32,000 bases of DNA from Trichodesmium erythraeum IMS101 (GCF_000014265.1 NC_008312.1:4470001-4502000); one strand, 5' to 3'. Counted from the first letter of the stretch, positions 9,979 through 23,547 are shown. Translations and numbers: made by a program. The notes: generated by a model from the sequence alone, not told the origin.

Positions 9979-12900
9979 ATGCCACGACGCCAAGATATAC
10001 GTAAAATCCTACTAGTTGGTTCTGGCCCCATTGTTATTGGCCAGGCCTGTGAATTTGATTATAGTGGAACTCAAGCTTGTAAAGCCCTTAGGGAAGAGGG
10101 TTTTGAGGTAGTATTGGTAAATTCTAATCCGGCTACAATTATGACAGATCCAGAAATTGCCGAATGTACCTACATTGAACCTCTAACCCCGGAACTTATA
10201 GAAAAAGTTATTGCTAAAGAAAGACCAGATGCTTTATTACCAACAATGGGTGGTCAAACTGCTTTAAATATAGCAGTTTCTCTGGCAAAAAATGGCACTT
10301 TAGCTAAATATGGTGTGGATTTAATTGGGGCTAAACTACCAGCCATTGAAATGGCCGAAGATCGTCAATTGTTTAAGGAAGCAATGGGTCGGATAGGCAT
10401 CCAGGTTTGTCCATCAGGTATTGCTAGTAATTGGGAAGAGGCCAAGGCGATCGCTCAAAAAATAGGAACATATCCTCTAATTATTCGTCCTGCTTTTACT
10501 TTAGGAGGGACAGGGGGAGGTATTGCTTATAACCAAGAAGAATATGAGGTAATGGCACAAGGGGGGATAGATGCTAGTCCAGTATCTCAAATTTTGGTGG
10601 AAAAATCTCTAATTGGTTGGAAGGAATACGAACTGGAAGTCATGCGAGATTTAGCAGACAATGTGGTGATTATTTGCTCAATTGAAAATATTGACCCAAT
10701 GGGGATACATACGGGAGACTCTGTTACTGTTGCTCCGGCGCAAACATTGACGGATAAGGAATATCAAAGACTACGAGATGCTTCGATTAAAATTATTCGG
10801 GAAATAGGTGTGGAAACTGGAGGGTCAAATATTCAGTTTGCTGTTCACCCGTTGAATGGGGATGTTATTGTGATTGAAATGAACCCACGGGTGAGTCGTT
10901 CTTCTGCTTTGGCGTCAAAAGCAACTGGTTTCCCTATAGCGAAAATGGCGGCTAAGTTAGCAGTTGGTTATACTCTTGATGAAATTCCAAATGATATTAC
11001 GAAAAAGACTCCAGCTAGTTTTGAACCTACTATAGATTATGTAGTTACGAAAATTCCTAGGTTTGCTTTTGAGAAGTTTCCCGGTTCCCAACCAGTGTTA
11101 ACTACTCAGATGAAGTCGGTTGGGGAGGCAATGGCAATAGGTCGCACGTTTCAGGAGTCGTTCCAGAAAGCTTTACGGTCTTTGGAAACTGGTAGAGCGG
11201 GTTTTGGTGCTGATCGCTGGGAAAAAATACCCAGTTTAGAACAAGTAAGATCGGGGTTACGCACGCCTAACCCAGAAAGATTATTTACAGTTCGTCATGC
11301 TTTATTACTGGGAATGAGTTTAGAAGAAATCTATGAGTTGACTGGAATAGATATTTGGTTTCTTGATAAGATGCGGGAGTTGATAAATACAGAAAAGTTA
11401 ATTAAGTATACTCCGCTCAATGAATTAACAAAGGAGCAGCTCTGGGATATTAAACGTCAAGGTTTTAGCGATCGCCAAATTGCTTATTGCAGTAAAACTA
11501 CCGAAGATGAGGTCAGAAGCTATCGGTTGAGTTTGGGCATTAAACCTGTTTATAAAACAGTGGATACTTGTGCTGCAGAGTTTGAGGCACTGACACCTTA
11601 CTACTATTCTACTTATGAAGAAGAGTCAGAAATTTTACCATCGGAAAAACGGAAAGTAATGATTCTTGGAGGAGGACCTAACCGTATTGGTCAGGGAATA
11701 GAATTTGACTATTGTTGCTGTCATGCTAGTTATGCTTTGGGAGCGGATGGGTTTGAAACAATAATGGTCAACTCTAACCCGGAAACTGTTTCTACTGACT
11801 ATGATACAAGCGATCGCCTCTATTTTGAACCTTTGACTAAAGAGGATGTACTGAATATTATTGAAGCGGAAAACCCGGTAGGAATTATTGTTCAGTTTGG
11901 CGGACAAACACCTCTGAAATTAGCGGTTCCTCTGCAAAAATATTTAGAGCAAGTAGATGCTCAAACCAAAATATGGGGTACTTCGCCAGACTCTATTGAT
12001 ACTGCTGAAGACCGGGAACGGTTTGAGAAGATTTTACGAGATTTAGATATTCGTCAAGCAGCAAATGGTCTGGCTCGTAGCTTTGAGGATGCTTTGACAG
12101 TAGCACATACAATTGGTTATCCAGTTGTGGTAAGACCTTCCTATGTTTTGGGAGGTAGGGCTATGGAAATTGTTTATTCTGACCAAGAGCTGGAACGTTA
12201 TATGAAGTTTGCAGTACAGGTGGAACCGGAACATCCAATTTTAATTGACAAATTTTTGAACAATGCTGTTGAGGTAGATGTGGATGCTATTGCTGATAGC
12301 ACAGGTCGGGTAGTTATCGGTGGTATCATGGAACATATTGAGGAGGCAGGTATTCACTCTGGTGACTCTGCTTGTTCTATTCCTTATCAAACGTTAACTT
12401 CTGCTGCGGTGGAAACAATTCGTCAATGGACTGTTGCTCTGGCAAAGGCGTTGAATGTGATCGGGTTAATGAATATTCAGTTTGCAGTCCAAGGAGAAAC
12501 AGTATATATTTTGGAAGCTAACCCCCGCGCATCAAGGACAGTACCTTTTGTCTCTAAGGCAATAGGAATACCTTTGGCAAAAATAGCATCCCGGGTTATG
12601 TCTGGGAAAAATTTGGAGGAATTGGGTTTTATAGATGAACAAATACCTGATCATGTTTCTGTGAAAGAGGCAGTGTTACCATTTGCTAAATTCCCTGGTA
12701 TAGATACAGTATTAGGACCTGAAATGCGCTCGACAGGTGAGGCTATGGGTATTGATGTTGACTTTGGTAAAGCTTTTGCTAAGGCACAGTTATCTGCAGG
12801 TCAAAAGTTGCCTTTAGAGGGAACAGTGTTTGTGTCAATGAGCGATCGCTATAAAGAAGCAGTTGTACCAGTGGTTAAAGATTTAGTTGATTTGGGTTTG

Positions 12901-13209
12901 AAGGTAGTAGCGACTGAAGGAACTCGGAAGATTTTGCGTTTGCATGATTTAGAAGTGGGTTTGATGCTGAAGTTGCATGAAGGGCGACCTAATGTTTTGG
13001 ATGGAATTAAAAATGGAGAAATTCAGTTGATTATTATAATTCCTTCTGGGGATGAAGCCCGTGCAGATGGGATTAAAATTCGGCGGAGTGCGTTGGATTA
13101 TAAAATAACGTTAATTACAACTATTGCGGGGGCGAAGGCGACGGCGGCCGCAATTCGAGCATTGAAGTCGGGAGCGTTGGAGGTGAAGGCGATACAGGAT
13201 TATTATTAG
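9979..13209 (+). CDS. carB: carbamoyl-phosphate synthase large subunit
   Basis: 1076 aa with two ATP-grasp halves ([24 protein letters not shown]... and [21 protein letters not shown]...) and a C-terminal MGS-like domain. Confidence 0.97.
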   Translation: MPRRQDIRKILLVGSGPIVIGQACEFDYSGTQACKALREEGFEVVLVNSNPATIMTDPEIAECTYIEPLTPELIEKVIAKERPDALLPTMGGQTALNIAVSLAKNGTLAKYGVDLIGAKLPAIEMAEDRQLFKEAMGRIGIQVCPSGIASNWEEAKAIAQKIGTYPLIIRPAFTLGGTGGGIAYNQEEYEVMAQGGIDASPVSQILVEKSLIGWKEYELEVMRDLADNVVIICSIENIDPMGIHTGDSVTVAPAQTLTDKEYQRLRDASIKIIREIGVETGGSNIQFAVHPLNGDVIVIEMNPRVSRSSALASKATGFPIAKMAAKLAVGYTLDEIPNDITKKTPASFEPTIDYVVTKIPRFAFEKFPGSQPVLTTQMKSVGEAMAIGRTFQESFQKALRSLETGRAGFGADRWEKIPSLEQVRSGLRTPNPERLFTVRHALLLGMSLEEIYELTGIDIWFLDKMRELINTEKLIKYTPLNELTKEQLWDIKRQGFSDRQIAYCSKTTEDEVRSYRLSLGIKPVYKTVDTCAAEFEALTPYYYSTYEEESEILPSEKRKVMILGGGPNRIGQGIEFDYCCCHASYALGADGFETIMVNSNPETVSTDYDTSDRLYFEPLTKEDVLNIIEAENPVGIIVQFGGQTPLKLAVPLQKYLEQVDAQTKIWGTSPDSIDTAEDRERFEKILRDLDIRQAANGLARSFEDALTVAHTIGYPVVVRPSYVLGGRAMEIVYSDQELERYMKFAVQVEPEHPILIDKFLNNAVEVDVDAIADSTGRVVIGGIMEHIEEAGIHSGDSACSIPYQTLTSAAVETIRQWTVALAKALNVIGLMNIQFAVQGETVYILEANPRASRTVPFVSKAIGIPLAKIASRVMSGKNLEELGFIDEQIPDHVSVKEAVLPFAKFPGIDTVLGPEMRSTGEAMGIDVDFGKAFAKAQLSAGQKLPLEGTVFVSMSDRYKEAVVPVVKDLVDLGLKVVATEGTRKILRLHDLEVGLMLKLHEGRPNVLDGIKNGEIQLIIIIPSGDEARADGIKIRRSALDYKITLITTIAGAKATAAAIRALKSGALEVKAIQDYY

Positions 13210-14080
13210 AGTTGGAATTATTTGTAGGGTGCGTATTTACTTCTGAAATTCATACTCTCAAAGGTATTGATTAATCCGTATCCTGCACTATTTTAGCTGT
13301 GTCACTCCAGTAGGATGCATGGTGGGCAATGATCAGATTACGATGTGTTATAACGTTACCAAAAAAAATAGTCAACCCTAAAGGGAAGTTCAATAGAACA
13401 ACCCTAATTTTAAACTTTTGACTTCTTTTTTATTATGCTTAAATTGCGATTGCTCTTTTTGAATAACTACTGATATAATGGGATTTCTTATGAGGCGATC
13501 GCTACTTTTTCATTGCTACATTAGCACAAGCTTAATTTTTTTTAATAAACTTTAGCATGAGTAGCATGAGTGTTTTCCGAGGAATTTTAGGTCAGTTTAG
13601 TTCAACAAATAGTTCATGGATTTTTCTAAGTTTCAGTAGAATTTAGTTTCTTTTTAAGTTCTGAATCGAATTTTAAATTAAATTTTGCCTCGTTACAATT
13701 TTTATTTAGCTTGGCGTACCTAAAGATCGCGATGATACAACAAATGTCTATCTTCAAAATGAAAAAAATTATTATTAATTAGACAACAAAGAATTGATAT
13801 ATAGCTTTCAATAAATAAATTCAAACTATAGCAAATTTCATCTTAGTCAGATACATTACTAAGGGAAAAGATACCCGCACTAGGGAGCAATATGTTTAAA
13901 AATAGTTTCCCCAATTCATTTTAGATAGCTATAATTTTTATCTTTTTTATTGAATACTGCTAGCTTTTATAATAAATATGTGTAGTCATCAAAATAAAAT
14001 TAATAATCCTACATAAACTATTAATTATTTATCCTTAATTTCTATTCCCTTTTTTCTAGAAATATCTAATATTTAGATTA

Positions 14081-15901
14081 TCAACTTAAAGCCAAAGCTC
14101 CTTGGTAAAAAATGAAACTAGATAACCAAGCTAAAACTAATGGAAATACTAAAGAAAGTAAGGAAAATTTCCATGATTTTGCTTCTTTAATTAAAGTTGC
14201 TAAAGTAGATAAACATGGGGTATAAAGTAAACAAAAAATACAGAAACTATATCCTTGAATAAAAGTAACTGTCTCAGCAATATTGCTACTAACATTCTGT
14301 TCGCTCATGCTATAAATAACTGCTAAAGAACCGATCACAATTTCTTTAGCAATAAAGCCAAAAAATAGGGATAATGTTAAATAAGAATTGATACCAATAG
14401 GATCCATAATAGGACTCATCAATTGACCAATTTGACCACCAATTGTATCTAATCCTGTTGCCCCTGAAGGTAAACTTGTCAGTATCCAAACTCCAATACA
14501 ACCAACAGTAATGAAGCCAGATGCTCTAACTAAAAATTCTCTAACTTCTCCCCAACTTCTTAGTAAAACTTGTTTCCATGTAGGAAAACGATAAGGAGGC
14601 ATCTCTAAAACGAAAGGTTCTTCATTTTTATATACTCCTTGAAATAATGCTGCAGTAATAATAGCAACCAGAAAACTTAGAATATATAAAGAGAATAAAA
14701 CTATCGCTCCCTTGCTATTAGGAAATACTGCTGCAATAATAAATACAAATACTTGTAATCGTGCTGAACATAAACCAAAAGGAATAATTAACATGGTTAA
14801 TAGTCGTAAAGCACGCGATCGCATCACCCTAGTTCCCATTAATGCCGGAACATTACAACCAAACCCCATTATGTGCAGTACAAAGCTACGTCCATCTAAA
14901 CCCAATCTTGCCATAAAGGCATCCATTAAATAAGCAGAACGTGATAGATAACCACTATCTTCTAACACCGCCATAATTATAAAAAATACTATAATTAAAG
15001 GTACAAAAGAAGCAACAGTAGTTACCCCTGCCCAAAGCCCATTAATTAGAAAATCTTGAAGTACTTGTGGAAACGGTTGAACTAGAGGTTCAACAATTGA
15101 TGACTGTACCCATTCAACCCCAATTTCAAGAAGGTCTACTGAAGGAAGTCCGATATTCCAAATTGCCAAAAAAACCAGGAACATTCCTAGGAAAAATAAA
15201 GGTAAACCCCAGACAGGATGCAGCAGAATTTTATCAACTTGAGCTGTGAAATTTTGTGCCATTTGAGAAGGCATAATCACAGTTCCATTTAAAATACTAT
15301 CTATTTCCCTAACAGAAATATTTTCCTTGATTTTATTCGTATCTAGTTGAACTGAATTTTTACTCTCTTTTAACTGTTCAGAAATTGCCATGTAGGCGTT
15401 CATATAGCCTTTACCATATTTAGCACTTATTAAAAACACTGGCATTGACAAACGTTTGGATAATTCTTCTTTGTCTATTTTAATCCCATATTGTTTAGCT
15501 TCATCTGACATATTTAACATCAAAACTGCTGGTAAACCCAAAGATTTTACCTGTAATGGTAGCATAATTTGACGGTCGATTTGTGAGGAATTAATAACGA
15601 CTATTACTAAGTCAACAGGATTATTTTCCAGAAAATTTTGAACAACTTTTTCATCTTCAGAAAAACCATTGAAATTATAAATTCCTGGTAAGTCTATAAA
15701 TTGTGTAATTTCCTTATTTATTTTGACCTCAGCTTGAAAAAGATCAACTGTTATTCCCGGCCAATTTCCTACATGGGCCGAAACTCCAGTAATCCGATTA
15801 AAAAATGTAGATTTTCCAGTGTTTGGCATCCCTATTAAAGCCACTTTTTTTGTGGCATTAGTAGGTTGAGATATTGTTACTTTATTGTTATGACAAGTCA
15901 T
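14081..15901 (-). CDS. feoB: ferrous iron transporter FeoB
   Basis: N-terminal G-domain (ALIGMPNTGKSTFFN, DLPGIY, LNMSD) followed by a polytopic membrane domain. 606 aa. Confidence 0.93.
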   Translation of the reverse strand: MTCHNNKVTISQPTNATKKVALIGMPNTGKSTFFNRITGVSAHVGNWPGITVDLFQAEVKINKEITQFIDLPGIYNFNGFSEDEKVVQNFLENNPVDLVIVVINSSQIDRQIMLPLQVKSLGLPAVLMLNMSDEAKQYGIKIDKEELSKRLSMPVFLISAKYGKGYMNAYMAISEQLKESKNSVQLDTNKIKENISVREIDSILNGTVIMPSQMAQNFTAQVDKILLHPVWGLPLFFLGMFLVFLAIWNIGLPSVDLLEIGVEWVQSSIVEPLVQPFPQVLQDFLINGLWAGVTTVASFVPLIIVFFIIMAVLEDSGYLSRSAYLMDAFMARLGLDGRSFVLHIMGFGCNVPALMGTRVMRSRALRLLTMLIIPFGLCSARLQVFVFIIAAVFPNSKGAIVLFSLYILSFLVAIITAALFQGVYKNEEPFVLEMPPYRFPTWKQVLLRSWGEVREFLVRASGFITVGCIGVWILTSLPSGATGLDTIGGQIGQLMSPIMDPIGINSYLTLSLFFGFIAKEIVIGSLAVIYSMSEQNVSSNIAETVTFIQGYSFCIFCLLYTPCLSTLATLIKEAKSWKFSLLSLVFPLVLAWLSSFIFYQGALALS

Positions 15902-16041
15902 TATTATTAAGCAAGAAAACCGATAATATAAAAATTATGTAATATTTGTAATTTTTTGAAAAGATTCTTAACATTTGGTATCATAAAAATATTGATTTGT
16001 CAATAAAATTTTAGATGAGCTTGCCATGCTTAAGGAATCAT

Positions 16042-16311
16042 TTAAGAACCTTCAGAGAAATTTATTTCATCATCCCTATCTGTTCTAATAACTATCATTT
16101 CCGCTTCATGGGGTCGGATAGCTATTTCTGTAGTAGCTCCGACTCGAATGTGTAAGGGCCCATTAAATCTAGCCTTTCGCAAGACTTGTACTGATTTATC
16201 AGAAACTACTCCCATTGCTGCTAATCTCTGAACAGTTCCTTGTCCGCCATCAAGGTTGAGGACTTTATCTACTATCGCTATTTGTCCTATTTTCAAATCA
16301 GCTACATTCAT
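16042..16311 (-). CDS. feoA: FeoA-family protein
   Basis: 89 aa, SH3-like FeoA pattern (L.DLK.GQ.A.V..V......RL..MG...G..V.V......GP...), located 140 bp upstream of feoB on the same strand. Confidence 0.8.
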   Translation of the reverse strand: MNVADLKIGQIAIVDKVLNLDGGQGTVQRLAAMGVVSDKSVQVLRKARFNGPLHIRVGATTEIAIRPHEAEMIVIRTDRDDEINFSEGS

Positions 16312-17399
16312 TTCAACTTTGATTTTATTGTTATAATTTTATTTTGGCCTATTTAAACCAATATAGGTTAGGTAGAATATGGCACTGTTTAACCTCCAGA
16401 ATGTAGGATTAAACACAAAGTATTTTATTAACGGTACTTTGAGATTTTTTACACCTAAAATAGCTTCAAACCTAATACTAGTAATAAAATATAACTTGAT
16501 AGTTTTTAATTTGTCTAACTTTAAATGTAGTAATCTACCTATTGTTTGTGCCAAAATTTTATACTGAAAAAATTTGGAAAAATTGAATATTTAACCATAG
16601 CGCCAAAAACTTAAATAGCCCCTGAACTATTTTCAAAGAACTACAAAGATTATCAAATTATCTGGTTAAATTTTTTACTTGTAACCAAATTTATTCTATG
16701 GGGCTTTGCTTTAGGATATTAAGGTAAAATTTTGTACAATTTATCAACCATTCCTTTTCGGGTTTTTCTTGATTAATTGTCATCAAATATTTTTGAAATT
16801 GTTGAGAAGTATCATAAGTTAGTCTATCCTAAAATATTGCTAATTTTGCTTCCAATCTTTGCTGTTGTAAATATTCCATAAATTCCATAGTATTTCTTAA
16901 TTTGTACTTTGATACTATTTAATTATAAAGTCTTAAATTCTATAATAATATCCTCTATCATATTTATTAATTTAGTAATCATTTTTCATAATATTTTATC
17001 TGTTAAATTTCAAGCATAACCTAATATATATTTTTATAGTAAATACATTTATAAATCATAAATAATACTAGGTTTATAGCTTCTATTTTTGGCTGTTATT
17101 TAGCTAGTTTTTCTTCCAGATTTTTTTCAATTTTACTAATTATCATTTGAGTATAATTATTCTTTGAGTTTTTTTATAAACTGAACAGTAAAAAGTTTTT
17201 TGGTTCATAAAAAAGTTGTTGTCATCTGACAAAATGCTCCATTTTCCACAACCTCGTAAATAGTGATCTAGCATTTAATAATTTTGGCAAAATTAGTCCT
17301 CACCTACTTTTGACTAAAATATACTTCCTCTGTTCAGCAAGTGTTAGCAAAACTATCCGTTCACTCCGATAACTATTAGAAGGTAAAGTACAAAACTAA

Positions 17400-18050
17400 C
17401 CGGAGAAATGTTTCGAGACAGTCATAGGCATCTCTAAACTCAGTAATTGTAACAGCTAGAGCTATAGCATGAATAAATACAAACCTCTCCATTGCTTCAA
17501 TTTTTCTGTGAAACTGTTGCGGCCGTTTCTGAGGATATCGACTGAGAATTAACTATTTCAGCCACCCCTGAGTTGAGAGCATATCTTTCATCCAAAACTG
17601 ATAGCTAAAACCAGACAATAGTTGAATTAACTTCCCGAAAGTGACTTCAATATTGAAACCCCAACTGTAAGCAGTAAAAATTTATGCTGCCGAAATAGTG
17701 ATATCATTGAAAGCATAATTATTTGTTTGCCATAAAGCCATACAGCTATTACAAAGCGCACTTTTTGAACAGGAGAGCCTCAATGGAAATCATAAGTGCC
17801 ATATCTAAGTGTTACCATCTTACCGTAAAGTAGTCTTTCTCATCAAACAGTTGCGTAATTTAACTAATTTACTCCAGATGTAAGGTCTACCAAGAATGTA
17901 TTTGAGTGTTGCTAGCACTAAAGTATATTTGCTTACTGCATTGATTTATACTTTGGTAATTAAGTCTACCTTCTGCTGTCTCAACTCTTAAATTAACTGT
18001 TTTGAAGCAAGTTTGGCATCAATAATAATATAACTACCAGCATGGATAAG
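17400..18050 (-). pseudogene. relic of an IS4/IS701-like DDE transposase
   Basis: Reverse-strand translation gives recognisable blocks broken by stops and frameshifts. These include LIHAGSYIIIDAKLASK (the DAxF catalytic-D region), DLITKV.INAV, GRPYIW, and YSWGFNIEVTFGKLIQLLSGFSYQFW (the Y..RW.IE..F..LK motif). The track shows no ORF of 60 aa or more here. Confidence 0.55.
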
Positions 18051-18242
18051 TTCTACTCACAAATTCTTTCTACTATTGTAATTTCATCATCATATTTCAA
18101 TTGCTAAAAAAATTGAGTCAACTTTATATTATTAAGCATAAGTTTAAAAACACCAATGTGCAGAGGAGTTAAATAGAGATTCTTAAGATATGGAAAAGAA
18201 TAATTTAGACCAATTATCCTTATGATAATTTCTAATCGGTAA

Positions 18243-19316
<1,074 letters not shown>

Positions 19317-19708
19317 TAGTCTCAAAAGTAAAGGCTCCTAGTACATACTAAACTTAAGAGGTGTGAGAATGTGCTAATCACCCTAGTGACCCCTATGTAC
19401 CGATCCTAAATCATTTGTGAAAAAACTTTAGGGGTTTGGATAACAAACTCCTATGATAAAATATTATAATCTATTAAAGGATAGCGATCTATCTTAAATA
19501 ATACTTAATAACTGAAAAATTAAGTTATCAGGAATTATCCAGAAATAAGGTTGATGGGGCAAAAATTACTCTAGGAGCAGCCAATAATCAGTCGTTAAAA
19601 ACCAGTTTATTAAGGAAAAGATGTCAGTTTAGTATACCAGAGACGCTCTCTGCCATACATAATCTAAGCACAGAATCATCTAAATTAAGTTTTAAGGAAT
19701 CAGGTTTT

Positions 19709-20083
19709 ATGTCTAAACTACCAACTCTAAATATAGAAACTATTCAGGCAATTATTGATGAAAAAATTGAGGATGAAACTGTTAATCAATTAGTTTGGTA
19801 TTATCTTGGTTATCGTTATGATAATGCTACTTGTAAATGGGATATTTCCAGAGTAGCACCAGAGTGGCGAGAAGAATATCCAGAACCTCCAAATTTTATT
19901 GAATTTCGGCCACCTACTGTTAAATTGACTCGCTCTATTCCTAAAGAAAATAAACAATTGTTGAAAAGAAAATTGGGTTTTAAAGGCTATAAAATAGGCG
20001 AATTTACTCCTGTACAAGCACGTCGTGCTACTATGGCTAATTGGCTTTTAAGTTATATGGCAATTAATGATAAAAGAGACTAG
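19709..20083 (+). CDS. hypothetical protein, 124 aa
   Basis: Clean ORF with non-repetitive sequence (..VNQLVWYYLGYRYD....W......PEWREEYPEPPNFIE..). Looks like a conserved cyanobacterial/plastid-lineage small protein, but I cannot name the family securely. Confidence 0.6.
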   Translation: MSKLPTLNIETIQAIIDEKIEDETVNQLVWYYLGYRYDNATCKWDISRVAPEWREEYPEPPNFIEFRPPTVKLTRSIPKENKQLLKRKLGFKGYKIGEFTPVQARRATMANWLLSYMAINDKRD

Positions 20084-20758
20084 GAAGTAGAGGGCAGAGA
20101 TTAGCTATTTCTCAATGCTTGATTAACCAACGCCCAAGACTAATAAACATTTCCAATAAAAATATCCAGAAAATAAAATTGATTTTGACTAATGCATAGC
20201 ACAGCCATCTACTTGCTCTAGTTTTACCTTATAGAGATTAATGATATCTAAGCTATCCTCAATTTTAAATAGTCGAATTAAACCTACATTTTTTGATTGT
20301 AAGTAATAGGTAAATTCTGGATTTAGTAGTTAAATTTTTTTAGTTGAATATACTGCTAACTCTCACCAAGACTATTGAGGTTGATAAAATTTTCTGGTTA
20401 CTTTGAGAATACTACTATTAGTAACTCTCTACTACCAACATTCTGCACTTCATAACTTAGCAGAAACTATGCAAGCATAACTTTTTAATTATCCTTGGAG
20501 ACTAATTCCTTATTGCACTATAATGAGTTAATAACTCATAGCTGATCACTAATAGATAACCACTGAATGCTTACCATAGAAATTAAAAAAAACAAAAGAA
20601 AAAAATAGAAAGAGACTCACATATCAAACCAATATAAATAGTTCATTAATACTCAACATATAAAAGACAAGACCCAAAACAATTGATCATAAATATGATA
20701 GCAATAGGACATAGGAAAATAACATTATATTTATAGCAGACGCTAAACTATTCTCAAT

Positions 20759-20788
20759 AATTCCGATAACAGAAATGTTATCGGAATT
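20759..20788 (-). terminator. perfect 12-bp hairpin about 85 nt downstream of ndhM (possible terminator or processing signal)
   Basis: AATTCCGATAAC-agaaat-GTTATCGGAATT. No clear U-tract follows on either strand. Confidence 0.3.
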
Positions 20789-20838
20789 GATGAAATTTCA
20801 ATTTTAGTATTTCAAGCCTCTAAATGAAGCTAGAGAGA

Positions 20839-20868
20839 CTGATAACTGATAACTAATAACTGAGATAA
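20839..20868. repeat. tandem heptamer repeat (CTGATAA)x2, CTAATAA, plus a degenerate unit
   Basis: ctgataa ctgataa ctaataa ctgagataa, located 5 nt from the ndhM stop codon. Resembles the short tandem heptamer repeats known from filamentous cyanobacteria. Confidence 0.5.
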
Positions 20869-20873
20869 CATTG

Positions 20874-21221
20874 CTATTTAGCTTCAGCATCAACATCTAC
20901 TCTAGGTAGTCCCAGACTATAGTTATTGACACGACTACCAAGGTTATAACTAATTTCACCTGATTGTAATAGTGATCGGACAAAATGTTCTAAATCAGAA
21001 CCCATACAACGCAGATTATATTCAGTTAAATCTGAACCACTATAAGATTCTACCAATTCATCAAACTTTCGGTAAACCTGCTCCACAGCAGTATCATTCC
21101 AGTTAAGTTCATTGTCGGGATCAATATCTAAAGTTAATGCCTGATCATCAGGAACAAGTTCATTATTTTCCACAGTTCCTGCAAAAATACGAATATGTCT
21201 AGTTGTTGACTTTAATAGCAT
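20874..21221 (-). CDS. ndhM: NAD(P)H-quinone oxidoreductase (NDH-1) subunit M
   Basis: MLLKSTTRHIRIFAGTVENNELVPDDQALTLDIDPDNE.NW......VYRKFDELVESYSG.DLTEYNLR..GSDLEHF.RSLLQ.GEISYNL matches NdhM as I recall it, essentially along its full length. Confidence 0.9.
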   Translation of the reverse strand: MLLKSTTRHIRIFAGTVENNELVPDDQALTLDIDPDNELNWNDTAVEQVYRKFDELVESYSGSDLTEYNLRCMGSDLEHFVRSLLQSGEISYNLGSRVNNYSLGLPRVDVDAEAK

Positions 21222-21838
21222 AAGTAATTTTTTCTGGCGTTAGTTTTCGTTAAATTCTATCTTAAGTACTGTATTACCTAGCATGATAATATATCCCTAA
21301 TTTATTAATCAGATACTAAACGATAGTCTATATTTTCTTCTCTAGATAAAAATTCAGCAAATATTCAGTGCAATGCAAGTGGGACCAATAATAAACTTAC
21401 CTCGTAATTGCCATTGACCTAAGCTGGGATCATCAACTTCTAACAATGCACTAAGAGTATGATACCAAATCCGGCTATGAAAAGCTTATTTTTTAAATCC
21501 TTCCAACTCTCTAGTACAAGTGCCTTAACCTTTATAATAAAGCGTAAAGCGGATTTAGTCTGACTCACTCAATTTCTAGTCTTAAATGCAAATAACCCAC
21601 ATAATTCTACTATCGCTTGAAATCTAACCCTGCATTTGTCAGATGACTAAACCTTGATTTCCCACATTTTAATGGTTGTAAATTTATATCTGTTTTATTT
21701 TGCAATGCCTGAGACTGAATAAACTTTTACTGATAGTAAATATAAGGGCTACTACAGAGCAATTAATATTTTCTAGTTCAAATATGCCAGAACTATTTTT
21801 TCTCGAAGATATGTTGAATATAATTTCATAACTATATA

Positions 21839-22880
21839 CAGCACTCTGCATAACTAATTATTACAGTAATAACAGTGAATAAACTAATTTAGGATTTGCT
21901 TAGAGGAAAACAACTTAATGCCTAACTCTAAAAGTTTAGTTACTCCGTTCAAGTTTTTGGGCACAAATGCTGCGGAATTATGCTTTGAGTTCCAACCATT
22001 AATACTCAATAGGTTTAAATTCTGGTGAGCAGGGAGATAGATATATAACCTTAGCTCCCACAGACTCTAATATTTTTTTCAATACCCTTGACTTTATGAA
22101 CCATCAGAATTGTCCATAACGACCACTGCTCCTGGCCATAATTTTGGTGCTAATTCTTTCTGGATAATATTGAAAATCTTCTCCCTTAATTAATTTTCAT
22201 CAGGATTAGATTTAAAACAAAGGTTTTGATAGCGATCGCATGACCACATTTGATAGCCCCAATGAAAGTGACTTGGCTACCTCTATAGTAACGTTTGGAC
22301 CCATAAAATCCTTCTCCAATAGACTCCTGGCCATTGGTCTCATCATGCCCAGTCAAATACCCATTTCATCCAAAAAGGCCAGTTTTTCGGGATGGCAAAT
22401 CTCTAATTACTTTCCAATACTCCAACCTTTTTCTTTGATTTTCCTGTCTTAGAGCCTAAGTGCTTCTTAGGGTTCTTTTCAGGGTCAGTTGTATTGAATC
22501 AAAAAACGGCACATTGTACTTTCACTGACTATGATTCCAGCTTTGTCTTGCAAATATTCACAGCATTCTACTAGTATCAGGTCAGGTCTCAATAAGTCTT
22601 TCTAGAATCTTCTATTTCATTTTTATAATTTAATAATTGCTTGGGCTTACCTCTTATTACTCATCGAGGCAGTAATTGGCCTGTTTATGGTTTTCGTTTT
22701 AATAGCTCTTGTACCCTACTTTTGCACTCCTTGAAATCTTTGAGCAACTTTCCCAATAGATAGTATCTCCAGCTTCGTAAGTGCTGACCATTTTTTGAGG
22801 TAAGTCTAAAGAATAAGGTTTCATTTTTATCAAAACAATTCAGAAAATATCATTACACCTAATAGTTATGCAAAACAGTG
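21839..22880 (-). mobile_element. IS630/Tc1-mariner family insertion sequence, decayed (copy 1)
   Basis: Terminal inverted repeats CAGCACTCTGCATAACTA (left) and TAGTTATGCAAAACAGTG (right), each flanked by TA. Reverse-strand translation from ATG (complement of 22822-22824) reads MKPYSLDLPQKMVSTYEAGD.... Further blocks are WPGAVVVMDN, then HKVKGIEKILESVGAKVIYLSPCSPEFKPIEY in shifted frames with several stops. Confidence 0.75.
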
Positions 22881-23123
22881 TAATCAAATTTTTATTTCTA
22901 ACTTTCCCTGATAACACGTGCAAACCACTGTATTAACATTTACTTATATTCTTGTATCTTAATATTTACTTATATTCTTGAAAATTTATATTTTTGAATA
23001 TCTTGAGTAAATAATTTTATGTAAACTAATGTGATATAAATCACTAATTTGTAGGATAAATATCATCTAAATTCAACTTATTTATCACAATTATTAATTT
23101 TGATATAAGTAATATTAAAAGTA

Positions 23124-23351
23124 ATGGAGTTATTGGAAAAAACTATGATGAATTATCTAAATCAATCTTTTCTACCGGCAATAGGAATCACAGAATTAAT
23201 GTTTCAAGTTTATCGTTCTGGTATCTTGACTAAAGACCAAAGAAAACAACTCAAAGATTTATTTTTATACCACAATCTGACTGAAGAAGATACCACCGCA
23301 ATTAATCGATTAATTCATGCAATTCGCCGTGGATGGTTGAAAATGGTATAA
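23124..23351 (+). CDS. hypothetical protein, 75 aa
   Basis: Intact ORF between the two IS630 relics. The C-terminal pattern ...LTEEDTTAINRLIHAIRRGWLKMV resembles small cyanobacterial proteins I recall, but I cannot name them. Confidence 0.5.
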   Translation: MELLEKTMMNYLNQSFLPAIGITELMFQVYRSGILTKDQRKQLKDLFLYHNLTEEDTTAINRLIHAIRRGWLKMV

Positions 23352-23547
23352 TTCAGAATATCCTTTTTATAATTGTTGAAAGTTTAATTATTTTTGAAAA
23401 ATGCTATACTTAACTATGTTCTAATAATCCATATAATAAGATATTTTTATCTTTAATAATTCTCAAATAAAAGTTATTAGCATCTTATTCATAGTTCCTG
23501 ATGTCTAATCCTTAACCACTAATTATATCTAACAAAGATAAATAACA

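Noticed and set aside
11635-12234. Reverse-strand ORFs 11635-11907 and 12043-12234
   Set aside because: They are antisense within carB.
14712-15249. Plus-strand ORFs 14712-14933 and 15067-15249
   Set aside because: They are antisense within feoB.
16319-16342. Fur-box-like AT-rich sequence (ttgattttattgttataatttt) just upstream of feoA
   Set aside because: It is only a partial match to the NAT(A/T)AT hexamer model, and comparable matches are expected by chance in DNA this AT-rich. It is plausible biologically but not supportable from sequence alone.
16339-16567. Overlapping opposite-strand ORFs 16339-16554(-) and 16379-16567(+)
   Set aside because: They are mutually overlapping ORFs in an extremely AT-rich spacer with Ile/Asn/Lys/Phe-dominated translations. 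This is the expected chance product of low stop-codon-free complexity.
19790-20017. 75-aa reverse-strand ORF
   Set aside because: It is antisense within the better-supported 19709-20083 ORF.
22240-22452. 70-aa plus-strand ORF
   Set aside because: It lies inside IS630 relic copy 1 on the strand opposite the transposase reading.
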